A DNA stretch of 64,000 nt, from NCBI GenBank assembly GCA_002269645.1, contig NIVC01001798.1, positions 171,987 to 235,986 of the forward strand. Reading direction: 5' to 3'. Every line of letters starts with the position of its first letter. Positions within the stretch are counted from its first letter, which is position 1. Positions 50,526-63,679 of the stretch are shown piece after piece. The notes below the pieces were generated by a model. It had not been told where the DNA came from, searched no databases, and saw nothing but the letters and a program-made list of their open reading frames with translations. Origin of the DNA: Macrostomum lignano (lineage: Eukaryota). A program made the translations under genes and the position numbers.

Positions 50526-52940
50526 TTTGTATTGGTGTTTTTAAAAAATTGAAACTATTTGATTTCGAGTCACACAATGTCTGGTTTCTTCTGCACGGTC
50601 AGAGCTGTCCTGTGAATGAAATACTACAGCTAGGAAGGCATGGTTTCGGCCGGTATTTATACAAAAATTTTGCCGCTTCCGCGATCAAAGAGGATGCTGG
50701 AAGCTAAGATGGGGTTGGTCCCGTCTTCTGCCAATCTAAACAGCGCTCTACTCGTATAGTCAGTAGTAGGACTTGGCCAGCCAACCACAAGGAGTGGTTT
50801 TCCGTCTTAGAGTTTAGTATTATTAAGAAGAAGAAATCGGCGGCGGCTTCCTTTCAAGTGTCGGCTAGTCTATTTTTATCTATTCTCTTCGTCTGTTATT
50901 GTGCCTTATTCAAAGACCGCTACGTCGGGACACCTGGATTTTTCTAGGAAATGTTTTGTAGTCATAACGACGGGTTATAATTTGGAAATAGAAGCAAACC
51001 AATGTTGCAAATCAAACTACCCAATAGTTTTAAGTTATATGCACTGCTTCTTTGCATACAAACATAGTAGAAGCATGTGTTATATCACAATGAAATCTTT
51101 AATTCTGATTTATAACATTACTAAACCTTTACTTCTTGTGTCAAGCAAGCAAAAAAGAAGATGCCAGGAAAGACTCGTTAATATTTTCGACGCAAAAATG
51201 CAACACTACGGAGCGTCCTGTCAAGTTTCTGTTTTTAATCATTTAGTAGAAAATGGAATTTTATACACCTGCGGCCAAATTAATGTGACACAAACAGACT
51301 TAGGAGTCCTGGGTTTGGCAGAGATGATTATTCGCAGCCTAAAGTCTCTGTGCCAATTGCAAATTGGATTGCCAACAAAAACAAAGAATGAGCACATTCT
51401 AGTGATCTTTGTTCTGAAACAGGTCTCTACGAGTGAATCACGCGGTCTCTCTGTCAGTCCAATTCAGTATTTTCTCTCACAGTTCCGCTCTGACGCAATC
51501 TATAAACATCTTTGTGGGTGGAGAAAAAAAGAAAAAGAATTAAATTTTCTGTCAGAGGCAGGTCTGATCAGAAGAAATAAATGCATATAGTTAGTTTGAA
51601 AAAGGTGGTGCATTTTATGCTTGGAATTCGTCTTTTGCAAACATTCAATGATGGACTGACTGCGAGACTGAAGCCAGGCCGAAATCGTTTGCTTTTAACC
51701 ATTTCTGCGCGCTCTATGGGCAACCCCCGTTTTTCCCATTGCCTATTTCTGGCTTTGCGCTGCCGAAACATCAAAGGATGCCGCCATCTCTCTTCATATT
51801 GGGAGGCCGACCTCGCCCAAAAGCTGCTACCCGCCCCTCGACCCGGCACAGCGGGTGGTTTCGGCAGCCCCTTCGGCCACTGCTGTCTGTAGCAGATTGC
51901 TGGCCCTGGCGGCAGTCTTTGATGCTAAAAAGGCGCGTAGAGGTGGTGGGGGCACGGAGGCTTGTGTGTATTTTTTGGCGAAAGCTGTGGTTAAAGGCTC
52001 GTCTCCCCTCTAAGTCTAGGGTTAATCTCTTCATCCTACCTGCCCCACCCCCTCATCCTTGATAAACACTTCTCAGTCCGTGGGACGAGACAAGCTACCG
52101 TTGTGGGGGGGGGGGTAGTCTTGGATAGAATGATGTCTTCTTTCTTCTAAAAGCTGCCGCCGCCACCGCAACCTATTGGGAAGTTTAGAAAGTTAGAGAT
52201 GGGACCGCGCGGTGTCTTGTTTGAGGAATCCCTAATCCTTCTTGCTGATGCCTGTCTAGGCCTGTCCGTCTGTCTGTCTGGTCTGCAACTTTTCTCTTTA
52301 AAAAAAATAAACCGTTGCCCGACTCACGGCTCATAATTGATTTCATTATGCAGTTCGTTTTAGTACTGCGGTCCGTAGTTGTGCCGTTTTTGGCTATTTC
52401 TGCCCGTCCTGGCGGCACTGTTTGATCTTTCATCCGCCCAGGCCTGACGTTGCCGATCAAACGAAATGATGAGAAAAAACTTGTGCTAATGCGGCTTTAG
52501 TCAGCTTCGCGGCCTAGTTACTAATTCGCTATTTTCACCAGAGTGAAAAAAAGAGAAAATGTGTGACAGGCATAGGAGAAGAGAGGCTTTAAACAGGCCC
52601 GATTCTTGGCGATCAAAGTCGGCAAAATCGGAATTTTTATTTGCCATTTTTTTCTCTTCCTTTATCTGTTTCTGAATTCTAGTCTACTTGTAGTTGCGCT
52701 AATCGCATTTTTCTCGCCCATACCGAACTGTTCGATCAATCCTAGTAGAAAAAAGTTGTTCAAATCGAATCGGCCGTCAGTAAGACTGACTAAACAGTGC
52801 CTATTCTTGGAGTCGATTAAATTAAAAATTGCTATTGAAAATGCCAAAAGATTCATCTAGTAAAAAGTTGCTATAAAATCTTTTGTTACTGCATAATTTA
52901 ACTTGAATGAAACAAAACATGTGACATATGGCCGAAACGG

Positions 52941-54020
52941 TTGCTACACATTAACAACACAAATGACAACCTATTAGCTACCCGTATATCATTTTTGTTC
53001 CCAAAGCTACACATTAACAACACAAATGACAACCTATTAGCTACCCGTATATCATTTTTGTTCCCAAAGCTACACATTAACAACACAAATGACAACCTAT
53101 TAGCTACCCGTATATCATTTTTGTTCCCAAAGCTACACATTAACAACACAAATGACAACCTATTAGCTACCCGTATATCATTTTTGTTCCCAAAGCTACA
53201 CATTAACAACACAGCTGACAACCTATTAGCTACCCGTATATCATTTTTGTTCCCAAAGCTACACATTAACAACACAGCTGACAACCTATTAGCTACCCGT
53301 ATATCATTTTTGTTCCCAAAGCTACACATTAACAACACAAATGACAACCTATTAGCTACCCGTATATCATTTTTGTTCCCAAAGCTACACATTAACAACA
53401 CAGCTGACAACCTATTAGCTACCCGTATATCATTTTTGTTCCCAAAGCTACACATTAACAACACAAATGACAACCTATTAGCTACCCGTATATCATTTTT
53501 GTTCCCAAAGCTACACATTAACAACACAGCTGACAACCTATTAGCTACCCGTAGAGCATTTGTTATCCCAAAGCTACACATTAACAACACAAATGACAAC
53601 CTATTAGCTACCCGTAGAGCATTTGTCAACCAAAGCTACACATTAACAACACAGCTGACAACCTATTAGCTACCCGTAGAGCATTTGTCATCGCAAAGCT
53701 ACACATTAACAACACAGCTGACAACCTATTAGCTACCCGTAGAGCATTTGTCATCGCAAAGCTACACATTAACAACACAGCTGACAACCTATTAGCTACC
53801 CGTAGAGCATTTGTCATCGCAAAGCTACACATTAACAACACAGCTGACAACCTATTAGCTACCCGTAGAGCATTTGTCAACCAAAGCTACACATTAACAA
53901 CACAGCTGACAACCTATTAGCTACCCGTAGAGCATTTGTCAACCAAAGCTACACATTAACAACACAGCTGACAACCTATTAGCTACCCGTAGAGCATTTG
54001 TCATCCCAAAGCTACACATT
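52941..54020. repeat. 63-bp minisatellite, ~17 copies, upstream of NRBP
   Basis: AAGCTACACATTAACAACACA(AA/GC)TGACAACCTATTAGCTACCCGT...; variants change gradually along the array. Confidence 0.96.
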
Positions 54021-54379
54021 GGCCAGGCCAGACAAGTAGAATTATGCCACCTATTTGCAACGAAAGTATCTAAGACTTATAAGTCTCTTATGTAATAACT
54101 CTTACTATTATAATTAGCCAATAGCACTTAAACCTACCAAAAAGTAAAAACAAACAAATATCGCCGATATCACGCCAAGCATAAAATACGAGTGTATTAA
54201 ATATAAAAACCTTTAAACTTTTAAAGGTTATTAAAAGCAATAATTCTAATGCATAATATTCATGCTGTTGTTGGCCTGTTACGTTTATTTCGTTAAAGCA
54301 ACACCGCACTCGTGGCAGTCCAAAGAACTGTGACGGTCTGTCTGATTTGGTGCGCAAAAATACTATAAAAATTATTGCC

Positions 54380-57300
54380 ATGCAGCAACAACAACAAAAC
54401 GAACTCAGCCACAATACTGCAACATCGTCTTCGCAAACAATAAACGATCCAACATCTAATATTGCTACAAACCAATCGTCCAGCAATACTAACAATAGTA
54501 ACAATACTATCGCTTCCTCGTCGGCGGAGCCGACCGTGGTCGATCTCGACGCCGGCGCGCCGGACGTCGAAGACGACGACGACGATGATAATGAGAAAAT
54601 AATTGAGAAAAGTCCGAGTGAACGATTCCAGAAACGGAACATACGCCAGCCAGTGACCATTGTTGGCGTTGATTCCACTTATCTGTCTATTGATCCCAAG
54701 GTTGGCAGGGAGGTGCTCTGGAACGAGGTGCTGATTGGCAGCGATCAGGGCAAAGCTGTTGCCGAGTTGGAGGTAATTTCACTTTGATATCGATTTGGTT
54801 TATCGATGTCGACATTAATTATTTTGATGCTTTAGATTAGACAATCGTTAGCTCAGGATTAGGGATATTTGTAACTGGCATATCGATGTAGTATCGATAT
54901 TTAAGCATTAAAATTGATAACCTAAAATTAATACTGATAACTACTCATTATTCTCGGTAATTAGGAGTTAATATCGATAACTAGGCATTAGTATCGATAA
55001 CTAGGAATTATTACCAATAACTAACGGTTAGTATCGATAGCGCTAGGGATTATTATCGAAAACTAGGGAGTAAATATCGATAACGCGTTAGTTTTGATAA
55101 CCAGGATCAACATCGATAACTGGGGCTTGATATCGATAACTAGAGATTAATATCGATAACTGGGTCGTTTATATCGATAAATGAGGGTAATGTTGTTAAC
55201 CAGGGATTAATATTGATACCTAGGGATTAATATCGATAACCAGGGATTAATATCTGATAACTAGGGATTGATAACTGGGGATTTGGAAAGTCGGAAGACT
55301 TGGGATTAGGGTATCAATAACCGGAGAGTTTTAGTGTTAACAACAATCGCCCCCCCTCCCTAATCAAGTCGCTTTTCCGCAAACTGAGGCGCATTAATCA
55401 TCCGTCGATGGTTCGAATCCTGGACAACTGGACAGTGCAGTTAGAAGATGGCCAATCAAAATTCGTATTCGTCACCGAAAGAACGGAGGAAGGCTCGCTT
55501 AAACAGTACCTAAGCAACTCCAAGATTAACAGTGTCATGTGGAGAAAGTACACCGGCATCCTGCTGTCCGTTATTAAGTGAGTGGTTTCTTCATTCATTT
55601 TTGTGGGCATTAGCTTGACCTGATTTCATGACCTTGAAGTGACCTTACCGGTACTTTCCTTTACTTGCCTTTAATGCGACCTTGAAAGGGGAAAAGTAAC
55701 AATAGGTTGACAGAAATATTGACCTAATTAACTTGACCTTTGACCTTTTTTGTGTGCTTGACCTTAAATTGACCCTCTGTTCTTGACCTTGAAGTGACCT
55801 TTTGCCTGCTGGACCTTCAAATGACCTTTTGTTTTGTTGACTCTGCTAGTGTTTTTTACTTAAGCAAATAGTTGTTATAGCCTTTTTCTTAACTGTCTCC
55901 GATAATTCCCAAACGACCAACACCTGAAGGTTCCTATCAGACGCCGGCATAGTGCACGGCAACTTGAGCAGCGAATCGATTCATTATCACACTAGCGGTA
56001 CACTTAAAGTCGGCTGCTTCGCTATTAGCCAGTGCCTCGGATCGTCTAGACAGAGGTTGACGGACTACTCCAGGGTGCCGCAGAGCGTCGCTTACCTGGC
56101 GCCGGAATGTCGCCAATCCGTTGCCGCTTCAGCCGAAAATGTTGCAGATTCTGCTACAGCGGAAGCAGCAACGCCGCCTTCAGGTCCGATGGTTCGAGTT
56201 AACCTAGCCAGCGACATCTACGCGGTCGGCCTGCTGTCACTGGAGATTCTTACCTGGGACGCTAAAGACTCGGCTAACTCGAACGAATCGGCAACTAGTC
56301 AGCAGCAGAAGCAGCAACAGGAGCAGCAACAACAACAGCAGCAGCAGCAACAACAAGAAGAGCAGCAGCAGATTTCTCGCGACCATCGCATCGAAACGAT
56401 GCTAGCGAGAGTTTCCGACAGTGTCATGCGCGACTTTTTCATTGGCTGCTTAGAAGCCGATCCTAGCCGGCGGCTGTCTCTGGCTGAGCTGTACCAGCAC
56501 CGGGCTCTGCTGGAGGTGCCGTCTCTTGTCATTCTGTGCGGCACTGCTCTGGTGTCCTTTAGTGAGTGTCTTTTGTTTGATTTGCGCTTTGGTTGTTGTT
56601 ACATTAGAGTAGACTTGGATTATTAGTTCTAAGCTAATAGTTATTAGTTATTATCGGAATTAAATTGGTTTATTTTAATAGATCGTTTTAATTAGGTGAT
56701 CCGATAATTCTCATTAGGTGATTAGATAACTCTCATTAGGTCATTAGATAGTTCTCATTAGGTGATTAGATAACTCTCATTAGGTCATTAGATAGTTCTC
56801 ATTAGGTGATTCGATTATTCTCATTAGGTGATTATATTATTCACATTAAGTCATTGAATTATTCTCATTAGGTGATTAGATAACTCTCATTAGGTGATTA
56901 GACAATTCTCATTAGGTGATTAGATGATTCTCATTAGGTGATTCGATAATTCTCATTAGGTGATTATTAGATTTTTCACATTAGGTGATTAGATTTTTCA
57001 CATTAGGTGATTAGATAATTCTCATTAGGTGATTCGATAATTCTCATCAGGTGATTATTAGATTTTTCACATTAGGTGATTAGATTTTTCACATTAGGTG
57101 ATTAGATAATTCCCATTAGGTGATTAGATTATTAGCATTAGATGATTAGATTATTCTCATCAAGTAATTGAAATGTTCTCATTAGATAATTAGATAATTC
57201 CCATTAGGTGATTAGAATATTCTTATTAGATAATTATATAATTCTTATTAGATAATTAAATCACCCTGATTGTGTAATTAGATCATTCTCATTAGAAAAT

Positions 57301-58360
57301 CAATCGCATCAGTTGTTAAGATAATTTTAATTACCAGAGCACTTATTTTCTCCAAAATTGGACAATTGCAGTTCCGGCCGAGAGGCGCGGAGACAACAGC
57401 CGCTTACAGGAGCTAGTAGACCATTTCAATGACAAATTTGACAATGACACGGTGATCTGCAAAATGACTAAGGACGGCATTGAGAGAACTCGCTACGTTA
57501 AAGAGATGACTCATTCTCTGTCTATGACTGTTCGCTTTCTTGAAGACATCAGGTATGCCTTTGAAACATATAGAATAGTTTCGATAACTTTTCACAGATT
57601 CGAACTCAGTAGCGCAGCTTAAAAAGTGCATCGGGCTCTTAACTTCCATGCCAGTGATGTTTTACTAGGAGTGTCAAGCTCAGGACGCGGGGCTTACTGC
57701 CAAAGCCCTATTAAAGCTTGGGGCTCGAACTTGGGACCTTTACCAAAACTCAAACTCAGATCTTTACCGACACTAAAATTCGGGTCGGAAGTTTTACTGG
57801 GCTTGATCTTAGGAGATTTACCAGACTCGAACTCGGGACCTATACCGGGTTCGAACGCGGGACCTATACCTAACTCAAAGTCGGGGAGCTATGCCAGGCT
57901 TGAACTAGGGATCTATGCCAAACTCAAAGTCGGGGAGATCGGGGAGCTTATGATTAATAAGCTCTTAATAGGCTCGAACTTGGCACCTATACCGGGCTCG
58001 AACTCGGCACCTATACCGGGCTCGAACTCGGCACCTAATGTATACCGGGCTCGAACTCGGCACCTAATGTATACCGGGCTCGAACTCAGGACCTATATTA
58101 GGCTCGAAATCGCGACCTATACCGGACTCGAACTCGGGACCTATAGCAGACTCAAACTCGGGACCTATAGTCTCAGGACCTTTACCGGAATCGAACTCGG
58201 GACCTATACCGGACTCGAACTCGGGACCTAAAGCAAACTCGAACTGCCAAACCGCAGGTACGGCTTCTATCCAATATTCGGCATCGCTCGATCTAAGTCA
58301 AGCCACGGCGGCTCGGCGGGCCCCAACGCCAGCGTTAGTCGAACACCTTCGCAGAAGAGA

Positions 58361-58392
<32 letters not shown>

Positions 58393-60037
58393 ACAACAGC
58401 AACAATCATTAGCTAGTTCGCTATCCTCTTCACAGAATTCGCAGATTCTGCAAAACTTAGCAGCCTCTTCTACTAACAGTAGTACTGGTTCAACAGCTAC
58501 TTTACCGGCTAATTCTGACGTACAATCATTGAAACCGGCATCTGTTGCAGATTCTGCCAGCGAAAGAAGCTCGCCAATTATATTAGAAACTGCTTCTGTG
58601 TCTAATAATCTGACTACTGCTGCAAGTAGTATTAGTAGTAGTAGTATCGGCAATGAGCCACCTGCAATTGCTGTCTCAGTTTCTTCTGCTCTTAATAGTG
58701 CTACTGTATCTGCATCAGTGTCAGGCACCGCTAAGCTGTCTACAGTGGCACCTGTGTCATCGGCTGCTGGCCTGACTGACTCCGGGTTTGATAACAAAGG
58801 CGCTCCGATGATGGAACAGAACCACTCGTAGCGACTTTAACTACAACTACTACTACTACCGCTGTATCGGCACCCGGCAGTGCTAGTTCTGTCCAACTAT
58901 CTGATGCGGTTTCCAATGTGTCCACTGGTTTGCTTGCTGGGGACACTTGTGTAAGTGTGCTGTGTTTTTAATTGAGAATTGTCCTATAATATTCATGAGA
59001 TTTGTCCTATAATCTCCATGAGATTTGTCCTATAATCTCTATGAGATTTGTCCTATAATCTCCATGAACTTTGTTTTATAATCTCCATGAGATTTGTCCT
59101 TGAATCTTCATGAGATTTGTTCTATAATCTCTATGAGATTTGTCCTATAATCTCTATGAGATTTGTCCTATAATCTCTATGAGATTTGTTCTATAATCTC
59201 TATGAGATTTGTCCTATAATCTCTATGAGATTTGTCCTATAATCTCCATGAACTTTGTTTTATAATCTCCATGAAATTTGTTTTATAATCTCCATGAGAT
59301 TTGTCCTATAGTCTCTATGAGATTTGTCCTATAATCTTCATGAGATTTGTCCTATAATATATGAGATTTGTTCTATAATCTCCATGAGAATTTTCCTATG
59401 ATCTCTATGAGATTTGTCCTATAATCTCCATGAGAATTTTCCTATGATCTCTATGAGATTTGTCCTATAATCTCCATGAGATTTGTTCTATAATCTCCAT
59501 GAGAATTTTCCTATAAAATCTATTAGATCTCTGAGAATCGCGCTGTAATCTCTGAGAATCGCCCTGTAATCTCTGAGAATCGCCCTGTAATCTCTGAGAA
59601 TCGCCCTGTAATCTCTGAGAATCGCCCTGTAATCTCTATGAGAATCGCCTAACACTCAGTCTCGAACCTGGGATTCATAGGTCTCCCCCAATGGCGCATC
59701 AGCTGTTAACAATGGTTCCGAGTCGACTCTGAATACCCCAGATGAAGCTGCTCAGCAGCAGCAGGAGCCAACGAAGCTGGACTTATTCGGCGATTACGAC
59801 GATGAAGAGGACAGCATCCTAGTTGTTGACAACGAGAATCACGAGCCGCCCACTAAACAGATCACTAGCCGAGCGCAGTTCATAGACGTTTACATCATCT
59901 ACATCGGTTTAGGCAGGTGGGACGTGCACGTTCGACTGTGGTTTGGCAAAGAGAACATAATGAGAAATGCGCATTGTCAGTTTGTCGAGTCCGAATACAG
60001 CGACTTGGATTATTTGACCACTTTTATGATTGACGAG
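54380..60037 (+). CDS. NRBP1: Nuclear receptor-binding protein (NRBP/Madm) pseudokinase homolog; exon 5 has an apparent 1-nt deletion
   Basis: Exons 54380-54772, 55369-55577, 55930-56561, 57372-57552, 58258-58950, 59681-60037. Motifs IIEKSPSERFQKR, GVDSTYLSID..GREVLWNEV, FVFVTE..GSLKQYL, IVHGNL, YLAPE, SDIYAVG, LLEVPSL, FLEDIRYGFYP match NRBP1 (EILEESPCGRWQKR, GIDSAYLAMD, IIHGNL, LFEVPSL, FLEDVRNGIYP). Exon 5 is 693 nt where the phases require 694. Confidence 0.85.
54880..55320. repeat. ~21-bp diverged repeat (AATATCGATAACTAGGGATT), NRBP intron 1
   Basis: Direct reading. Confidence 0.85.
56690..57300. repeat. 21-bp repeat (TTCTCATTAGGTGATTAGATAA), NRBP intron 3
   Basis: Direct reading. Confidence 0.9.
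57680..58240. repeat. ~23-bp diverged repeat (GGCTCGAACTCGGGACCTATACC), NRBP intron 4
   Basis: Direct reading. Confidence 0.85.
58975..59650. repeat. ~23-bp repeat (ATGAGATTTGTCCTATAATCTCY) followed by a GAGAATCGCCCTGTAATCTCT repeat, NRBP intron 5
   Basis: Direct reading. Confidence 0.92.
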
Positions 60038-60149
60038 GTGAGTTGAAACGTTGTAGGCTCATTTCTTTAAGTTGCTGTGTGTTTTGCCTAGAACTCAAGA
60101 TATCAAAGAACTCAAGAACTCAAAAATCCATCCTAAAAATATAAATAAT

Positions 60150-61010
60150 CCTAACAAAAACTGTAAAGATCCCCAACGAAGAATCCTAGGATCCCCTCCA
60201 TGAATCCCACAATCCCTGCCCATTAATCCCAAGTTCCCATGCAAAAATTTCAAGATCCCATAAACAATCCCCAGATCTCCGAAAAATCCAAGATCCTCCA
60301 TGAAAAGATCCCCACTCCATGAATCCCAAGATCCTACTCCATGAATCCCAAGATCCCACTCCATGAATCCAAGATCTTCCATAAATCCCAAGATCCCCAT
60401 TCCATAAATCCCAAGATCCCATTCCATAAATCCCAAGATCCCCATCCATGAATCCCAAGATCCCAATTCCATAAATCCCAAGATACCGCTCCATAAATCC
60501 AAGATCCCCATTTCATAAATCCAAGAAATTCCATTCCAAGAATCCAATATAAAAAGATCCCCACTCCATAAATTCCCAATTCATAAATCCCAAGATCCAT
60601 TCCATAAATCCAAGATCCCCACTCCATAAATCCCAAGATCCCAATTCCATGAATTCCAAGATCCCAAAATCTCAAGCCCGCTCCATAAATCCAAGATCCA
60701 TTCCATAAATCCCAAGATCACTCCATAAATCCCAAGATCCCAATTCCATAAATTCACTCCATAAATCAAGTCCCAATTCATAAATCCCAAGATACTCCAT
60801 AAAAAGATCATTCCATGAATTCCAAGATCCCCATTCATAAATCTCAGATGCTCCATAAATCCCAAGATCCCCATTCCATAAATCCCAAGATCCCACTCCA
60901 TAAATCCCAAGATCCCCTTCCATAAATCTCCCCACTCCATAAATCCCAAGATCCCCATTCCATGAATTCCAAGATCCCCATTCCATAAATCCCAAGATCC
61001 CCATCCCCAG
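60150..61010. repeat. CCATAAATCCCAAGATCCCC-type repeat with many single-base length variants
   Basis: Direct reading. Confidence 0.9.
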
Positions 61011-61560
61011 CAAGTCTGTTAGCTTGTGTTTATTTTTTTTTCTCAAAGTATCCACTGCACCTTCTTTACTTTTTTCAGCGTAGTTTTGTTATTTTGTTTT
61101 TGCAATTTAATTATATTTATTGTTACTGACTATTCTCGCGCGTAATTTCGTTGCTCTCACTACACTGCGTAAGTGCACTGAGTTGCTTTTGTTTTAATTT
61201 TATTTCTCCTGTTGGTTGCTTTTAACTATGATTTCCTATTTATCTAAGGTGCTGTCAGTTTTCGAGAATTTTTTGGGATATTCATAGATAATTGGTGCGG
61301 GTTGGTAACTTATATTCAGTATTCAAAATCGCTATTGTTTGGTAGCGTTGAACTTAGATCTTAATGTGTAAGGGACAGTAAATCCGTATCATATTCCGAT
61401 TGCTTTCATCTTTTTCGTATTTAAAGAGTCTAAAATTTTCGCTTAAAACCACAAAAAATATTCTTGACCCATTTTATGAGCAACTAAATAGTCTTCTCTT
61501 GCTTATCTTATTGTGCTGACCAGTGAAAAGAATCTCCATTGTTATCACCCCACTGAATAG

Positions 61561-63660
61561 TATCTGCACCGTCGCCTGGCCCTGGCCTACGCCGGCCACC
61601 GACCGTATTCGGTTACATTCAGCGCTACCGTCAGCTGTGCCGCAAGATGGGCTGGCCTGAGCGCACAAAGACTACGAATCTGCCATGCAGCGCGCTATTA
61701 GTCGCAGTCTGGCTACGGACGGCGGCAGCGGCAGCGGCGGAGGCCACAACGATGATCCTGCACCGGCTACAGAGCAAACGACAACCACCGCAGCGACTTC
61801 GTCGGTAGCCGCGTCGCCGTGACAATCGCTAATAGTACATCCGGAGCCGCTGCTCATTTGCAACAGCAGGCTGTTGTGGCTGGAATTGGTTGGTGTTGCC
61901 TGATGAAGACTCTGGATAGTTAGTTTGCACTTTTGAAACTCTTAACAGCGAGTTTGTACTTTAGAGCCCTAGATGGTGTCATTTTGTGTCATTTTGTACT
62001 TTGAAACTCTAGACAGCCAGTTTGTACTTTAGAGCCCTAGATGGTGTCATTTTGTACTTCTGAAACTCTAGACAGCCAGTTTGTACTTTAGGAGCCCTAG
62101 ATGGTGTCATTTTTAGTTTTGAAACTCTAGACAGCCAGTTTGTACTTTAGGAGCCCTAGATGATGTCATTTTGTACTTTTGAAACTCTAAACAGCCAGTT
62201 TGTAACTTTAGGAGCCCTAGATAGTGTCATTTTGTACTTTTGAAACTCTAGACAGCCAGTGAGGGCTCAAATAATCCGTATTTTATTGTACCCCTACCCG
62301 GTAAAAGTAAGGCCATTGAATGGTCAGTTTTTACTTTAGAACCCTAGATTGTAGCTTTGTACTTTTGGAACCATATTTCTAAAAGTACTTTAGGGTTGTA
62401 CTTTAAGGACCCTACACGTGTTTGATTGTAGTTTTAGGGACCATAGATACTAAAAATGAATGTTCTCAACCCTCGCTGTAAACCAGGTGGCGGCGGCGGC
62501 GGGGCTGGGAGTTGGATCCCAACCGTGCTTAACGAGAAGCTGCTCCTGCTCAGAGAGACCGCCGTGGCAGCCGCAGCCGCCGCAGCAGAAGTCTCCAACT
62601 AAAGAGAGTTGCCAATTCTTGAAGCTGTCGATAGAGCTGACACCGCGGATAGCGAACCAGCCGCACTAGGAGCACCAGAAGCAGAAGACAAAGCGGGCAC
62701 AAAAGCGAACGGAAGAGACTGCAACCGACGATGCGGCACTGCTGCCGTGCATCACGACAATCACAGCTGCCAGCTGTGGTGAGGCTATTAAACTCGAGTG
62801 TCTCCCTGTTAGACTCGAGTATCTGCCTGTTAGACTCGAGTATCTCCCTGTAGACTCGAGTATCTCTGTTAGACTCGAGTGTCTCCCTGTCAGCCTGGAG
62901 TATCTCCCTGTTAGACTCGAGTGTCTCCCTGTAGACTCGAGTATCTCCCTGTTAGACTCGAATGTCTCCCTGTCAGCCTGGAGTATCTCCCTGTTAGACT
63001 GAAGTATCTCCCTGTCAGACTGGAGTATCTCCCTGTTAGACTGGAGTATCTCCCTATCACACTCGAGTATCTCCCTGTCCGACTGGAGTATCTCCCTGTC
63101 ACACTGGAGTATCTCCCTGTCCGACTGGAGTTCTCCCTGTCAGACTGGAGTATCTCCCTGTCCGACTGGAGTATCTCCCTGTCAGACTAGAGTATCTCCC
63201 TGTCAGACTGGAGTATCTCCCTGTCACACTGGAGTATCGCAAATCGCCCTATCGCAGGCGGTCCAGCCGGAGAGCTCAGCAGCGTGGACTGGGAGACAGA
63301 CCGGCATGAGTTGCAGCAGCTCAAAGATCGCTGTTCGATTTGGCGGCCGCCAGAGAGCGGGAAAGATTTCGCAATATCGCAGGATTTTTATCCCGGAGCT
63401 GGCGGCCAGGCGCAGCAGCAGCTCCATCAGCAGCAGCACAGCATTCGCACAGTCAGCTGATGAGAGCAGCGAAGCAGACGCGAAGCAGCGATCTCGAGCT
63501 GACAGCGAACCGCCTGAGGCTGCCGACTTCACTGGAGCGGCCGCTGCTACGGCTGAAGCGCCGCCGCCTGCGGCAAACAACGAGGTCGCTGTCGATTGAC
63601 CACAGCGGCAGCTGCGTGCGAGTCCACGGACGAGCGTCGTTCCGCGTCATCGGATAGGGG
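61561..63660 (+). CDS. Probable further exons (61561-61888, 62487-62778, 63258-63660) of a long low-complexity NRBP C-terminal extension, or of a separate gene; several apparent indels; continues beyond the window
   Basis: GC-rich, CpG-rich blocks bounded by AG and GT (GTTGGT 61889, GTGAGG 62779, GTGAGT 63661) and separated by minisatellites. Protein-like segments VFGYIQRYRQLCRKMGWPE, DYESAMQRAISRSL, GSWIPTVLNEKLLLLRE, SSVDWETDRHELQQLKDRC lie in shifting frames. Confidence 0.45.
61925..62420. repeat. ~59-bp tandem repeat (TTTGAAACTCTAGACAGCCAGTTTGTACTTTAGGAGCCCTAGATGGTGTCATTTTGTAC)
   Basis: About 5 good copies, then degenerate. Confidence 0.88.
62790..63236. repeat. 21-22-bp repeat (GAGTATCTCCCTGTYAGACTS)
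   Basis: Direct reading. Confidence 0.93.
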
Positions 63661-63679
63661 GTGAGTTTTTTTTTGTCGT

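Noticed and set aside
57553-57563. U12-type donor in NRBP intron 4 (GTATGCCTTT)
   Set aside because: Does not match RTATCCTT, and no TTCCTTAAC branch site lies near the acceptor.
58780-58800. Programmed -1 ribosomal frameshift in NRBP exon 5
   Set aside because: No in-frame X XXY YYZ heptamer, the -1 frame has TGA TAA just before the required shift point, and a homopolymer deletion explains it more simply.
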